A DNA stretch of 64,000 nucleotides. It comes from Heteronotia binoei. Lineage: Eukaryota. A program made the translations under genes and the position numbers. Positions 24,706-35,715 of the stretch are shown here, piece after piece (the stretch's first letter is position 1; every line of letters begins with the position of its first letter). The notes below the pieces were generated by a model. It saw only the letters and a program-made list of their open reading frames with translations, made no database searches and was not told the DNA's origin. The DNA lies in assembly GCF_032191835.1 (NCBI RefSeq), contig NC_083233.1, positions 30,194,001 to 30,258,000 on the forward strand, written 5' to 3'.

Positions 24706-27214
24706 CTAGTGACTGGAGGAATCAACATGTTTTCATGGTTTGTCTTTTTCTTCTTCTTAATTCTAGTCAAAAACTAAAAAGCACTGCCTTTCACAGTCCC
24801 TGGCAGACCACAACATTCAGCTGGGTTGAGCTTGGTTGAACCAGACATTGTGCAAAGCTGTCACACACGTAATCCTTAAAAATTTTCAAGTTCAATGAAG
24901 CAACTTTTTCTCATATGGAACTCCTCAGCATTTGCTGTAGCCTACAATGCATTTTACAGGATGTTTTGGGGACTGTACACAATTTTCTCCGCAATATTGG
25001 CAGCTGGTGTGCTCCAGTTGTATGTAGGGCAGATCCTCAAGTGCTCCCAATGTAAGCATAAAGTAAACAGCTCCAGTTAGGGTGTAAGACGAGATCCCAC
25101 ATGGACTTGTCTCATGTGAGTTACATTTTCTAACTTCTTCCTACCCTGTATTACAAATTGAACTGTGTCCCCACCACCAAACCACAAAGGATTACAGGAA
25201 TGAGAAAAGGGGGAAATCTCACTCCCCGGCTCGCAAATGACAGCAAACTCCAGAGCAACTTTAGAAAGCAATGTGGGAATTTTGTAGTATAATATCTGCT
25301 GTGTAAGCAGGTAGAAAGCAAACAGGGACATAATAAGGCAATAGTGATAAAACAACATCACACAAGATTCAAAATATAGTTTTAGTAACCCCTAAACAGT
25401 CTCATATTCCCAAACATAGGACTTCTTTACTTCTTTTTCTGGCAGATTTTTTTTTAAATTGTGCACCAACAGATTTTTTTTTTTTTAAATTTCAACTTTA
25501 ATCCAAAGTGGTGTGCACAGTTTTTCCTCCTCCATTTTATCCTCACAACAATCCTGAGAAAGTGGCTGGGAGAAAATGGCTGAGAGAAAATGGCTCACTC
25601 AAGACCACTCAGGAACCTTCATAGTGATCAGGAATTTGAATCAATCTCTCTCTCCAGTATGAGTCCAGCATCAAATTGGCCCTCATCCTACAGGTATATG
25701 GCATTTCAGTTCCTTTCCACTTTGTTTTAAAGTGCATTATTTCTTTGCCACTCAAAGCAGTTTCCAGTGAGAAACAGTAAAACAGCAAACACTCACACAC
25801 ATCCAAAAAGCCATCAAAAAGAGACAAAGAGATCAAAACAACAAAAAACTCATGAGGATCCCTGTGACACATACTTTCTTTTTTTGTGTCCCAAAGCACC
25901 TGATCATAACTACCCAACACCATGCACTAACAATGTCCACTAGTCCATGCAGACTTTACCCCAAAGAAGACTCTCATAAACATCTGATCATGACCCTTTA
26001 GTTTTTATTTCCATGTTGAATTTGCACAGAAAGCACAGACAAATCAATTATCTCAGAGGGATGAAAAAGATTTATTTTCACATGTGGCCCATGGATTCAC
26101 TTTTCTAAATTAAAACATTGCCCTTGTCCAACAAAAATGAGGAGCTGATTATCCTTCACCACTACATCTTATCCTTGCTTTAATAAACTAAGTAGCTTGT
26201 CTCATTCCTGTACACACTTGCTGAACTAGCAATCAGTCACACCACAGTCATAAAATTATGACAAGCTCTGATTTGTAAATGTGGCCAGTTTTACAACTGT
26301 TCTGGACCCTGAAAAATGGGGCTGGGAAATGGCTGAAGTAACCACTAAAACAAGATATGTATGAAATCATGCTCCAGTCTCACAGCATGTTGTTGAAGGG
26401 AATTGTCATGGATTCATGACGGTGTCTTGGTACAAACCCAGCCTCCCTAACTTTCCTAAAGTATACCTATAGCTATCCAGATCAGGTGAGGGACATCCCC
26501 TTTAATAGTGAATTTGGTTCCTAAGTAAGCTTTTCTCTAAAAACCAGTATTTACACACCCAGCGACTATCTGGGAATTTACCAGCTATGTAGTTGGGATT
26601 ATGGCAGGAAACCTAGTCTTTTGATACTAATATAAGCCCTGGATATACCAATTCCTCCCAGCACTTCCCGAAACTATGCAGCTACAAGAATGTCAATCAA
26701 ACCAGAGGGATAAAAATGTAGAGCAGATGAACTTCTCAGAATAGCCCAGTACATAAATTATTAACTTAATCAAGAAGAGTATTTGTTACAGGAACACAAG
26801 GCAAGGCATCTTTATTAGATAACAAGAAGGTCCAAGTTAGCTTTACCACTGTTTTATGTAGCTTGTTGGAAACGGATGAATATACACATTAACGCCAATT
26901 AATTTTTTTTGTTCACTATCTGTGCCATGCACAAATCTTGTAAATGAGAAACAGAACTGATTTAGGTTAGATTACCATATTGCACTTTAAGTGGAGCTGC
27001 CTCTGAAAAATGTTCAGAAACCTCAATTGGTCCACAATGCAGCAGTCAGGCTACAGTCAATGTTTGGCTATAGAGACTGATTTGCATTGACAGCATTGAG
27101 TTCCCTTCCATTTCTGGGACCAATTCATAGTTCTGGTTCTTACCACTAAGGCCATAAATGGCTTCAGTCCAGGATATTCTAAGGACTATCACCACACAAA
27201 TTGTCCAGCCCACC

Positions 27215-27880
27215 AGTTAAGAGTTCTCTGAGGCCCTGCCAGCAGAGGTGAGGCAGATGGTGCCAAGAGACAAGGTATTTTCAGTGGTGTCCCTTTGTGA
27301 AGTCCTTTCCTGTGAGGTTTGCTTGGAACCTGCCTTATATTCCTTTAGAGTCTGCTAAAACATGATTTTCTTTTTAGCCAGGATTTTAATTACAGGGTTT
27401 AATATCTTTTTAGTTGTTTTATGGTCTGCTTCTGGCTTGAGGCCCTGTGGCGCAGAGTGTTAAAGCTGCAGTACTGCAGTCCTAAGCTCTGCTCACAGCC
27501 TGAGTTCGATCCCCTGGCTCGAGGTTGCCTACCATCCTTCTGAGGTCGGTAAAATGAGTACCCAGTTTGCCGGGGGAAAAGTGTAGGTGACTGGGGAAGG
27601 CAATGGCAAACCACCCTGTAAAAAGTCTGCCATGAAAACGTTGTGAAAGCAACGTCACCCCAGAGTCGAAAACAACTGGTTGCTTGCACAGTGGACCTTT
27701 CCTTTCCTCTGGCCTAAGGACTGTTTTATCAACATTTTTTTTTTACCTCATGGCGTATGCTTGATGCTGCTTTTATTCTTTGACTGTAGTGGCTTGTTTT
27801 AATGGTTTCACTGTGTTTGTTTTTAGCATAAGCCACTTCAGGCAGGGCTCTGGACAGGCAGTACATAAATAATTTCAATA
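27215..27880 (+). mobile_element. Decayed L2 3' fragment interrupted by a Sauria SINE
   Basis: gagacaaggtattttcagtggtg resembles the L2 RAFSVV motif; AT-rich 3' UTR and taagccacttc...agggc tail resume after 27707. Confidence 0.45.
27439..27707 (+). mobile_element. Sauria SINE
   Basis: ggccctgtggcgcagagtgttaaagctgcagtactgcag head, gagttcgatcc B box, aatggcaaaccacc and gcttgcacag...ctttccttt tail; matches 49807-50098. Confidence 0.9.
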
Positions 27881-30246
27881 CAGTTTAATCAATATAGTTT
27901 TTGACATTCTTATTTTAGACCGGCACACACACACACACACCAGTTTAAACTTCAAACATGAAAGCATTGAAAGGCTGTTTACTTGATTTCCGGAACAATA
28001 TTCATTTTCAGCACCATGGTTAGCTCCCTAGTTAAAATGGTAGTTTTGAAATTCATTCATTCTCTTATCATACCATCTGTTTCTTAAGGGAGACCTGTCC
28101 CTGGGTAGAGTTGGTACAGCCCTTTCTTCAACCACAGTAGTTGTGGGATAGAGGGAGCTCTTTAAAAACACTCCCAACTCCATAAGAACTGTGAGCATGA
28201 ACTAATGTTAAAATAACTTTGGACAATAAATAGAGGCAAAGGCATGATGAGATTCATTCAGAATTACCTGCTTTGTTCCAGGTACTTCTTCAAAACTGAG
28301 TTGAACACTGAAGTAATAGAAAATTTACCAATTTTATCTTTATAGGTATTATTAATTATTATTATTACTACCACTACTACTACTACTATTCGGACTAGGT
28401 CTATGACAACATACAGTAGGCAAACAGACACAGCACTTTCACCCCTGCAAATTGCTAACAGTACCATTTGGCAGGCAAAATTCCTTGGCTTTGTCTGTCA
28501 AAAATCCCCAGTGCACAGTTTTAGCAAAAGTGCTATTATCTAATCCATACAGCTCCCTTCAACATGTGCAGCATAAGCTAAGGAAAAGCCTGGAAGCAGC
28601 TGTATTTTCTTCCTCTTACGAGTCAGCTAGGTGATACCACACAATTCAGCTTGCCAAAGCATGCAGTGAGATGCACAGCAGGTTCAAAGTGAAAGATTTC
28701 TTTTTCTTAGACAAATTTGATGGCTAAAACTGCAGAAACAATGGCTGACATCAAGCTCCTTGACTTCAAAAGCATCTGTGCCACACTCAACATAGTGTAT
28801 GGCAATTTTGCTACTCTGCTTCATATGTGCGTTTGGAACATCTATCACAATATCCAAACATGAACTAGTAGGGGGAGGGAGTTATGCTATGGGCTTGTTT
28901 GGGGAATTGCTCTGTGGGAAGGCATGTGATACATAGTTCAAAATATAATGTGAGATACACTCAAAAATCATCTGTCTTCTAGATTGGACTCCAGAGTATG
29001 TTTTGAAAATATATGTTGAAATAAGCTCATTGAGGCTAAGAAGATCTCATGGGAGACATCCTGGGAATCCCATTTAAGCTGCATAAAATTCCATGACAGA
29101 AGAAAGGTGTGACAGAAATGTAATTAGGAAATAAAACACTATGTATTACTTTTTTATCCCACCCTTAATGCAATTTGCTATTTATTTGAATGGCTGCTCT
29201 GAGCCCAGAGGAATTACCCTGCACCCTTGAGAGTGTTGCTCAGGGTATTTTCTCATCTTGGTTGCCGCCCTAAATACTACTCGGGAGAACACACATTTAG
29301 GGTATTACCCCAAAGGAAGAAAACTCTCGAGGTAAGACAATTCTTCTAAAAAATTATATTGGACTGTGAATTTAAGATGGTCTCCTCTTTTTATAGACAT
29401 CCTTGTCTTCCTTTCAGGTACACAGAGTGTGCAGTTTTCAGCCCCTACTCCATTTTATCTTCACAACATAGGGAGGGAGACAAAGATTGGATGCTTTCAC
29501 ACACACTAAATAATCCATTTTAATGCAATTTACTATTAGAGTTTACTGTGTGAAATGGAAAAATCCACTTGCAAACTGTCACCTTGTGAAAGCACACATT
29601 GATTCAGTGTCACCCCAGTGAAATAAGCAGACGTTTGATTGGTTTACCAAATCTAAGTCCAACACTCTGATCAACACATCATCTCTTAAGAAAAAAAAGG
29701 TGGATAAAGGATTCTAGACATTTTCATTCAGCTCCACTGTCTAGTTATGCAGATTTGCTGCATTTGAGCTGATGTAAACTATCTTGCTGCCCTAGGCAAA
29801 TGTTAATTTTGCTGCTTCATTCCCAGCCTATTTTGCTGCAAGTGGAGAGTTGCATTTCCTCCTGAATGTTGCAGCTTCTTCTTGCTGTTCCATATGTAAA
29901 TGGAATAAGGCAGAGTGACTCCAGCTAGGAATATCCCCAACTCAGTCGTCCTAAGGTCTTGAGGCACAAATCAGGAGATGGTGTTTGTCCCAGGCTAGTT
30001 TTCTAAAGTTGTTTGGTTGCCTCTTGAATTCCAAGTAACTAGAGAAATGCTTGTACTCTCTCTTGGATTGGGTCAGCCAGCCCCTCTTTGCATTAGGTCT
30101 ACTGAATTCATGAACAAAATGCACATCTATGGGGGAGCAAATGCTCTGCATGCAGGCATAGCTAAAATTATGTTGGGAGAGTGGGATTGCTCCCCAAGGA
30201 CAGAATAAAGAGTCAGACACAGAATATTGGTATAAAATGGGGCCAC

Positions 30247-30252
30247 TTTATT
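30247..30252 (-). terminator. PolyA signal of the YR element
   Basis: AATAAA about 60 nt from the 3' end, followed by a GT/T-rich tract; same context as 48013-48018. Confidence 0.6.
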
Positions 30253-30613
30253 CAATATCCAAGGGTACCCCACCAGCGGCCTGGCCAGGGCTAGGGGTCA
30301 CCGCGACCGCTCCCCTGCCATTAATGGGTGAGAGACCCAGCCCCCCAGCCGGAGCTGAGTGTTACTCAGCTCCCTCCAGGCAGGCCCAGCAGGGAGGCAC
30401 ACACCAGAAAGCCCAAACCCAGATGCATGTCTCACCAGAAAGGCACCCTCTAGCCGAGCCTCCCGGACAGTCTTCATTCTCCAAACCCGGGTCTTCAAAC
30501 CCGAAGGCTGATCATGCCAGACCCCAAATTCCCCAAAAGGGGGATGCTTCACAGTCCTCCTCTAGTGGCATAGTGCCCTAAACTCCAAAAACCTACTAAG
30601 GCCAAGTCTCTAC

Positions 30614-31214
30614 TTAGGGCTTAGCACCCACCGGGAGGCCCAAAGCCACCCGCAACCCTTGCTGCAAATCTCTCAGGAAAAGCATATTACCCTTTTCCGA
30701 GAGATGGACCCCATCCCCTCTGTAGAGGTCAGGAAATTTCAACAAAATATCTGGATGGGGCAAATAGTGGCCCAACCCCTTTTCCAGCACCTTCCTGATC
30801 TCCTTATTAGCCTTATACCAGGCCCTTTCTATAGCTGCAGGGTCCCAAGCACAACGCCACACCAGGTGGGCCAGCATGGCTGACCAAATTATGGTGGTCC
30901 CAGGCCATCGCTCCCGAATGTGCTGGAAATCATCCCGGGCCTGCCAAACTAAGGCCTTGCCCTTTAAGAGTCCCAGATCATTACCTCCCCAGTGAACAAT
31001 TAAAACCTGAGGAGGAGGACCCACACAATCTTTAACAACAAAGGCAGCAGGCTCGGCCACTGAAGGCCCCGGCGTCTTCGCCATTCAATATACACATGCT
31101 GGCTGAGTCCCAGCTGAGAGCCAACCACAGTTCTCCAAGCCTGATGAGCGACCCAAAACATATGGCTATGGCCGCATATGAGAACTCGGCTCCTCTGGCC
31201 AGGAACAACAGCAT
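30614..31214 (-). pseudogene. SGNH/GDSL-type hydrolase cargo ORF with one frameshift
   Basis: Block I RVLICGHS, block III HWGGND, block V DGVH; split over ORFs 31000..31254 and 30614..31084 with a frameshift near 31040. Confidence 0.88.
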
Positions 31215-31273
31215 CTAAAGAGAAAAAACTGTTAAACAAGAACAAAACCAACAATAAACAGACACCAAGTCAC

Positions 31274-31437
31274 TTACGGCCTAATAAAAGGTTGCACGTA
31301 AGCCTTATAAGCCGAGGAACGCCACCTGCCCGATCTCTGAATGGAAGTGGAAGGATAGCCCGTTCGTAGGACTTCCTGGTGCTGGGTGCAATTGCTGGAC
31401 CTATCGCTCTGCAGGCCTTGGCTCTCCAATCAGCCAT
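31274..31437 (-). pseudogene. Tyrosine recombinase remnant (N- and C-terminal stubs only)
   Basis: MADWRAKACRAIGPAIAPSTRKSYERAI joined out of frame to SIQRSGRWRSSAYKAYVQP, the YR C-terminal GRWxSxAYxxY motif. Confidence 0.8.
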
Positions 31438-33200
31438 AGCTCCTGGGGCATTGACACTGGCCCTCTGTCGGCATCTGGGGCCAGCTGACGAAACCTCTCC
31501 ATCTGTTTACGAGATAGAGCATCAGCCACCCTGTTACTCACCCCAGGAACATGCTTGGCTAAAAACAAAATGTTAAGTGGCAAACAGCGCAGAGTGAAGG
31601 CCCTCACCAATCTCATAACCCGGCCAGATCTGGATGAAAGGGAATTAATGACATGGACCACTGACATATCATCACACCAAAAATCGACAGTGTGATTGGC
31701 CATATCCTTCCCCCACAGCCAAACTGTGACTAAAATAGGAAAGAACTCGAGAAACGTAAGATCCCGGTTCACACCAACCTTTACCCAGGAGTCAGGCCAA
31801 CTATCCGCGCACCAATGTCCATGGAAATAGACTCCAAAACCCAAGGAACCAGCAGCATCAGACATGATCTGAAGCTCAGCTTCGAGCCTCATGTCGTCCT
31901 TCCAAAAAGAGACTCAATTAAAGGACTCCATAAATTCCTGCCAAACCCTCAAATCATCTCTCATGCTGCAGGTGACCCTAATTCTATGCTGAGGCAAGCG
32001 TAACCCTGCCATAGCATCGCACAGCCTTCTAAGAAAAGCCCTCCCAGGAGCAACCACTTTGAGGTGCCCAACTAGCTGCTGCAACTCCAACAAAGTAATA
32101 TTCCTTTTAAGAAGAAAGGTAGAAATCCTAGCCCTCAGCTCCACTATTTTCTGAAGAGGCACGCTAGACAACTGTGCAATACTGTCAATCTCAATCCCCA
32201 AAAAGGTCAACCTCTGGCTCGGACCTTCAGTTTTCTCAAGTGCTTAAGGAACCCCAAGCTCCGCCGCCAGCTCAACAAAGCCAGACAGCAACTGCCCACA
32301 ATGCCCAGTCCCCTCAGGACCCACAAAAAGGTAGTCATCCAAATAATTAACAACATCCTGCAAACCCACTTTCTCCCACACAACCCATTCCAAAAATGTG
32401 CTGAAACGCTTGAAAGCCGAACATGACACAGAGCAGCCCATTGGCAATGCTCTAGCCATGTAAAATTGACCCTCAAAAGAAAACCCTAGAAGTTCAAAAT
32501 CATCGGGATGGACAGGTAAAAGGTGAAACGCAGACTTAATGTTGCATTTCACCAATTCTGCCCCCACCCCACAACGCCTCACCACGGCAATAGCCTGGTC
32601 AAAGCTGGTGTACCTAACAGAGCATAAGTGCTCCGGGATCCCATCATTCATGGGCTTCCCCTTAGGAAAAGACAAATGGTGAATCAAACGAAATTCACCA
32701 GGCACCTTTTTAGGCACCACACCCAAAGGTGAGACTCTAAGAGTACTCACTGGAGGATGTGAAAAAGGACCCAGTATCCTTCCCTCAGCCAGCTCTTTTG
32801 CAATCTTGTCCCTAACGACTTGCTCCAAGCCCTGAACTGACTTAAGGTTTCCTGGCATAAACAGAACTTGAGGACCTTGAAAAGGGATCCTAAACCCAAC
32901 TTTAAAACCTTCTAACAAATACAAACTATCAACCCTTGGAGGGTACCTTGACAGCCACAGCTCAAGAGGTCCCACCCTTATCAGGCTGGGCCCCTTTCGT
33001 AGCTGGAAAGGCACCTCCGCTCCCGCCAGGCTTCTTCGTATTTTTATGCCCACAGGCTCTAGGACAGTTGTCAAATGAGTGGGAACCACCACACACGGGG
33101 CACTCGTGCTTGAACTGGCACGCCTTCCTATTACATACCCCAAGGGATCCAAATTCCCAGCAGAGCATGCAGGGTTGAACCGCCTGCCCCACTGAACCAC
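31401..33200 (-). pseudogene. pol: DIRS-type reverse transcriptase / RNase H
   Basis: One reading frame with two in-frame stops (32244-32246, 31914-31916); motifs GEFRLIHHLS, KSAFHLLPV, LPMG, YLDD, TFLGIEID, SDAA, WCDDMSVV, HVPGVSNRVADALSR. Confidence 0.95.
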
Positions 33201-34371
33201 GGGGAGAGCCTGATGAACCAGCAGCAGATGTGGATGACCTACTCACCAAGTGACCACTATCAGAGCAATCACCCAGATTAGGCCTAGCCGGGGACATAAC
33301 CTGCAGCCAAAGCTGCTGATGGATCCGATCCCACTGAAGGGATGGATACAGGGCAGCCCTCATCCTAAATTCATGGTCATATTGTAACCAGGCTGGTCCA
33401 CTAAAGGCCATATAGCCTTTATAAATTATGTCCAAATATTGGAACAGGGATGCTGCCCGCCATGGCTGTGCCCTCGCAATCACCCCAGCATAAACACAGA
33501 ACCCAGGAAGCCAATTAGCCCAGGTCCTGTCCACCTTCCGTTTTTTCAATTTTTCCTTCTCTTTCTCATCCAATTCTTCCTTGTCTTTTTTCTCAACCTC
33601 CCGAAAGAGAAGAGAAAAAATATCCACGTACTCTCCTTTTAATATTTTTTCCCTAGTAGCGGGAAGCAAGTGGTTCCCCAGTGACAAGGCAACCTCCCCA
33701 AACGGCAAAGCAGCAAAAGGCACCATCCCATATGTTGAGGGTGCCCCCGTAAAGGAACCAGCCATGCCAGGATGCCCTGCACCTGGGTACACACTAGGAA
33801 CGCCTTGCCCACATGGCCAAGCCCAATTCTGAAATGTGCCCAACGCAGAGGAGGCAGGCGCTCCCGTGCTTGACATGGAAGCGCCTTGCCCGGCCGCCAA
33901 AGCAGGCCCCCATGCTCCCCATGGCCAAACCTGCCCAGGCCCCGTCTGTAAATTATCACCCAACCTATCTCCAAATCCAGCAGGAACCAATGGCAAACCA
34001 ACCCCCGATGCTCCAGCCGCCATCAAACCCACCTCCGGACCGCAAAGGCCAGCGCGCCTGCAAGGCACGACTCCACCAGACCTGCCCTCAAGAATAGACA
34101 GCCTGGTGAGAATACTCGCCTGCTTACCCTTCTTAGATTGCCTCACACCATCCTCCCCACCTGGAGAAAGGATGCCCGCTGCCTGTTCCAATGCTCTGAA
34201 TCTACAAGCAATATTGGAATCAACCACCGTATCACCCTCCTCATCAGAAGCGGATAACAGCGGTGGTGGCCTTTTCGCAGGAGCCTTGGGCACCTTAGGC
34301 GCTGGCTTTTTTTCCTTTGGGCTTGCCTGACCCTTTTCCACCAGCCATCTAAATAGCAAGCACAAGACCAC
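32962..34371 (-). CDS. gag: gag-like ORF1 of the YR retrotransposon
   Basis: 469-codon open frame with KILKGEYVDIFSLL, WLQYDHEFR and C-terminal CWEF-x5-C-x4-C-x3-H plus CPVCGGSHSFDNC fingers; the likely true ATG (34348, MAGGKGSGKPKG) is out of frame, implying a frameshift in an A run near 34310. Confidence 0.85.
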   Translation of the reverse strand: MVLCLLFRWLVEKGQASPKEKKPAPKVPKAPAKRPPPLLSASDEEGDTVVDSNIACRFRALEQAAGILSPGGEDGVRQSKKGKQASILTRLSILEGRSGGVVPCRRAGLCGPEVGLMAAGASGVGLPLVPAGFGDRLGDNLQTGPGQVWPWGAWGPALAAGQGASMSSTGAPASSALGTFQNWAWPCGQGVPSVYPGAGHPGMAGSFTGAPSTYGMVPFAALPFGEVALSLGNHLLPATREKILKGEYVDIFSLLFREVEKKDKEELDEKEKEKLKKRKVDRTWANWLPGFCVYAGVIARAQPWRAASLFQYLDIIYKGYMAFSGPAWLQYDHEFRMRAALYPSLQWDRIHQQLWLQVMSPARPNLGDCSDSGHLVSRSSTSAAGSSGSPRGSVGQAVQPCMLCWEFGSLGVCNRKACQFKHECPVCGGSHSFDNCPRACGHKNTKKPGGSGGAFPATKGAQPDKGGTS

Positions 34372-34926
34372 AAAATGGCCTCCTGCAGCTCCACTCTAAA
34401 ATGGCTTCCCTCGGAAGAAGAAAGGGAACTCAAAATGGCCACAAAAGCCTCTGCTGCACACCAATATCCCCAGTAGGAGAAAAATGAGGGGGAGGGGGAG
34501 GCTCTCCAAAATGGTCACCTGCCAACCTCAAGGGCAATAATAAAAAAACCAGGTTGCCCTACAAGCCCACACCCTCAAAAATTAAAAGGGGAAAGACCAA
34601 CCCCTGGGCTCCACAACCCTTGCCCCGGCAGACCCCAAACCCTAGGCAGACTCATCCAACAAGAAGGACAATGCCACATCCTCCGCCGCCGCCAGCCCAC
34701 AGCACTGCAGCCAATGCTCTAGCCAACGCCGACACTCCAGCCAACGCTTCACCCACCACTGCCCAGTCGACTGCCCCAACAAACCCCGACGTCCAACCAA
34801 AAACAAAAGAAAAGCCTCAGCCTCAGCCGATCGTCTGCCAAGACCAAGGAGCCGACGAGGAGCGCAGATCTGACACGCCGAAACGGGCACCCCCTGACTC
34901 TTCCCATCCAGGGAAGCAAACTCTGC

Positions 34927-34931
34927 TTATA
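34927..34931 (-). promoter_or_regulatory. Putative TATA box of the YR element
   Basis: TATAA about 116 nt inside the inferred 5' end, with a GGGCGTG GC box upstream; spacing parallels the 47312 element. Confidence 0.4.
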
Positions 34932-35099
34932 CAGCCTAGCAGCTACGCTGCAGTCTGCAAGCATAAGAATTTACCATACCTGCTGGACAGGAGCAAACAC
35001 TGAAATATGCAAGCATACAAAGTGGGCGTGTGAGAGATACTTATTTCATTTGGATGGTGTCAAGACAATTGTGCCACACATTAGGAGAGGTGTTTATAT

Positions 35100-35230
35100 T
35101 GCATTACACTTCAGGACCATCAAGGAAGTCCAGAGTTGCTATACAGGCATTTGCAAACTGCCTCTGTTCTTCTCTTGCCTTGGAAACCCTATGGATCACC
35201 ATAAGTCAGCTGTGAATTGAAGGTACTTCC
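35100..35230 (+). mobile_element. Sauria/Bov-B-type SINE tail fragment
   Basis: accatcaaggaagtcc...ttgccttggaaaccc...caccataagtcagctg...gaagg, like the tails at 21196 and 24503. Confidence 0.55.
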
Positions 35231-35509
35231 CAATCCCCACCACCATCAGCTAAAATTTGATGGCTCTCTGCATTGACAACAAATACAGAAATCTGGAAAA
35301 TGCCTACTTCATAATAAGAAAACAAAACAAAACAACCCCTATACATCTGGCCCTCTGAGGGGTGCTCTCAACACAACTGACAACGCCTTCATGTCAGAGT
35401 ACTGTTTATTCATTCATCCCAGTTTCCCCCATACTTATCAAAACAGTGGGGGAGGACTGACTATACTTCATCAACAACCCCCTTTTCAGAATTTCAAAAT
35501 GTCCTTGAT

Positions 35510-35715
35510 GCTGCTAAGTGTAAGAGTTCAGTAGCAAATACTAACAAGATTTGATAGGGTATGAGCTTTTGTGAGTCACTGCTTACTTCTTCAGATACTT
35601 TTTTTTTTCCAGATCCCACTAAAGTTCATACCCTACCACAAATGTTGTTAGTCTTTAAGGTGCTAGTGGGCTCTTACTCTTTTTTACTGCTATGGACAGC
35701 CACCCATCTTGATTT
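35510..35715. repeat. Inverted pair of Penelope-type terminal repeats with a hammerhead-like core
   Basis: Left half (minus) gtatCTGAAGAagtaagcagtgactcacAAAAgctcatac; right half (plus) truncated ccactaaagttcatacc...ctttaaggtgcta. Confidence 0.65.

Larger units (their letters stand above)
30186..35047 (-). mobile_element. Tyrosine-recombinase retrotransposon (DIRS order, Ngaro-like) carrying an SGNH hydrolase; defective copy
   Basis: Order on minus strand: TATA region, gag-like ORF, overlapping RT/RNase H, YR stubs, SGNH ORF, 3' region with AATAAA. GC- and CpG-rich relative to flanks. 3' end well defined (..ggggagcaat); 5' boundary uncertain between ~34970 and 35047. Confidence 0.92.

Noticed and set aside
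24960-25051. AG...GTAAG-bounded 92-nt candidate exon (MFWGLYTIFSAILAAGVLQ frame)
   Set aside because: Peptide not recognised, no supporting neighbouring exons, weak polypyrimidine tract
26410-26700. Possible LTR fragment starting TGTCATGG
   Set aside because: No matching second LTR, CA end, TSD or internal domain could be identified
33439-35003. Plus-strand ORFs opposite gag and the leader (e.g. 33836-34330, 34554-35003)
   Set aside because: Antisense shadows of GC-rich sequence; low-complexity Pro/Ala content with no motifs
30180-35026. AGTGGG at 30180-30185 and 35021-35026 as a TSD
   Set aside because: YR elements generally do not make such TSDs, a 6-mer match is plausible by chance, and the right copy overlaps a likely internal GC box
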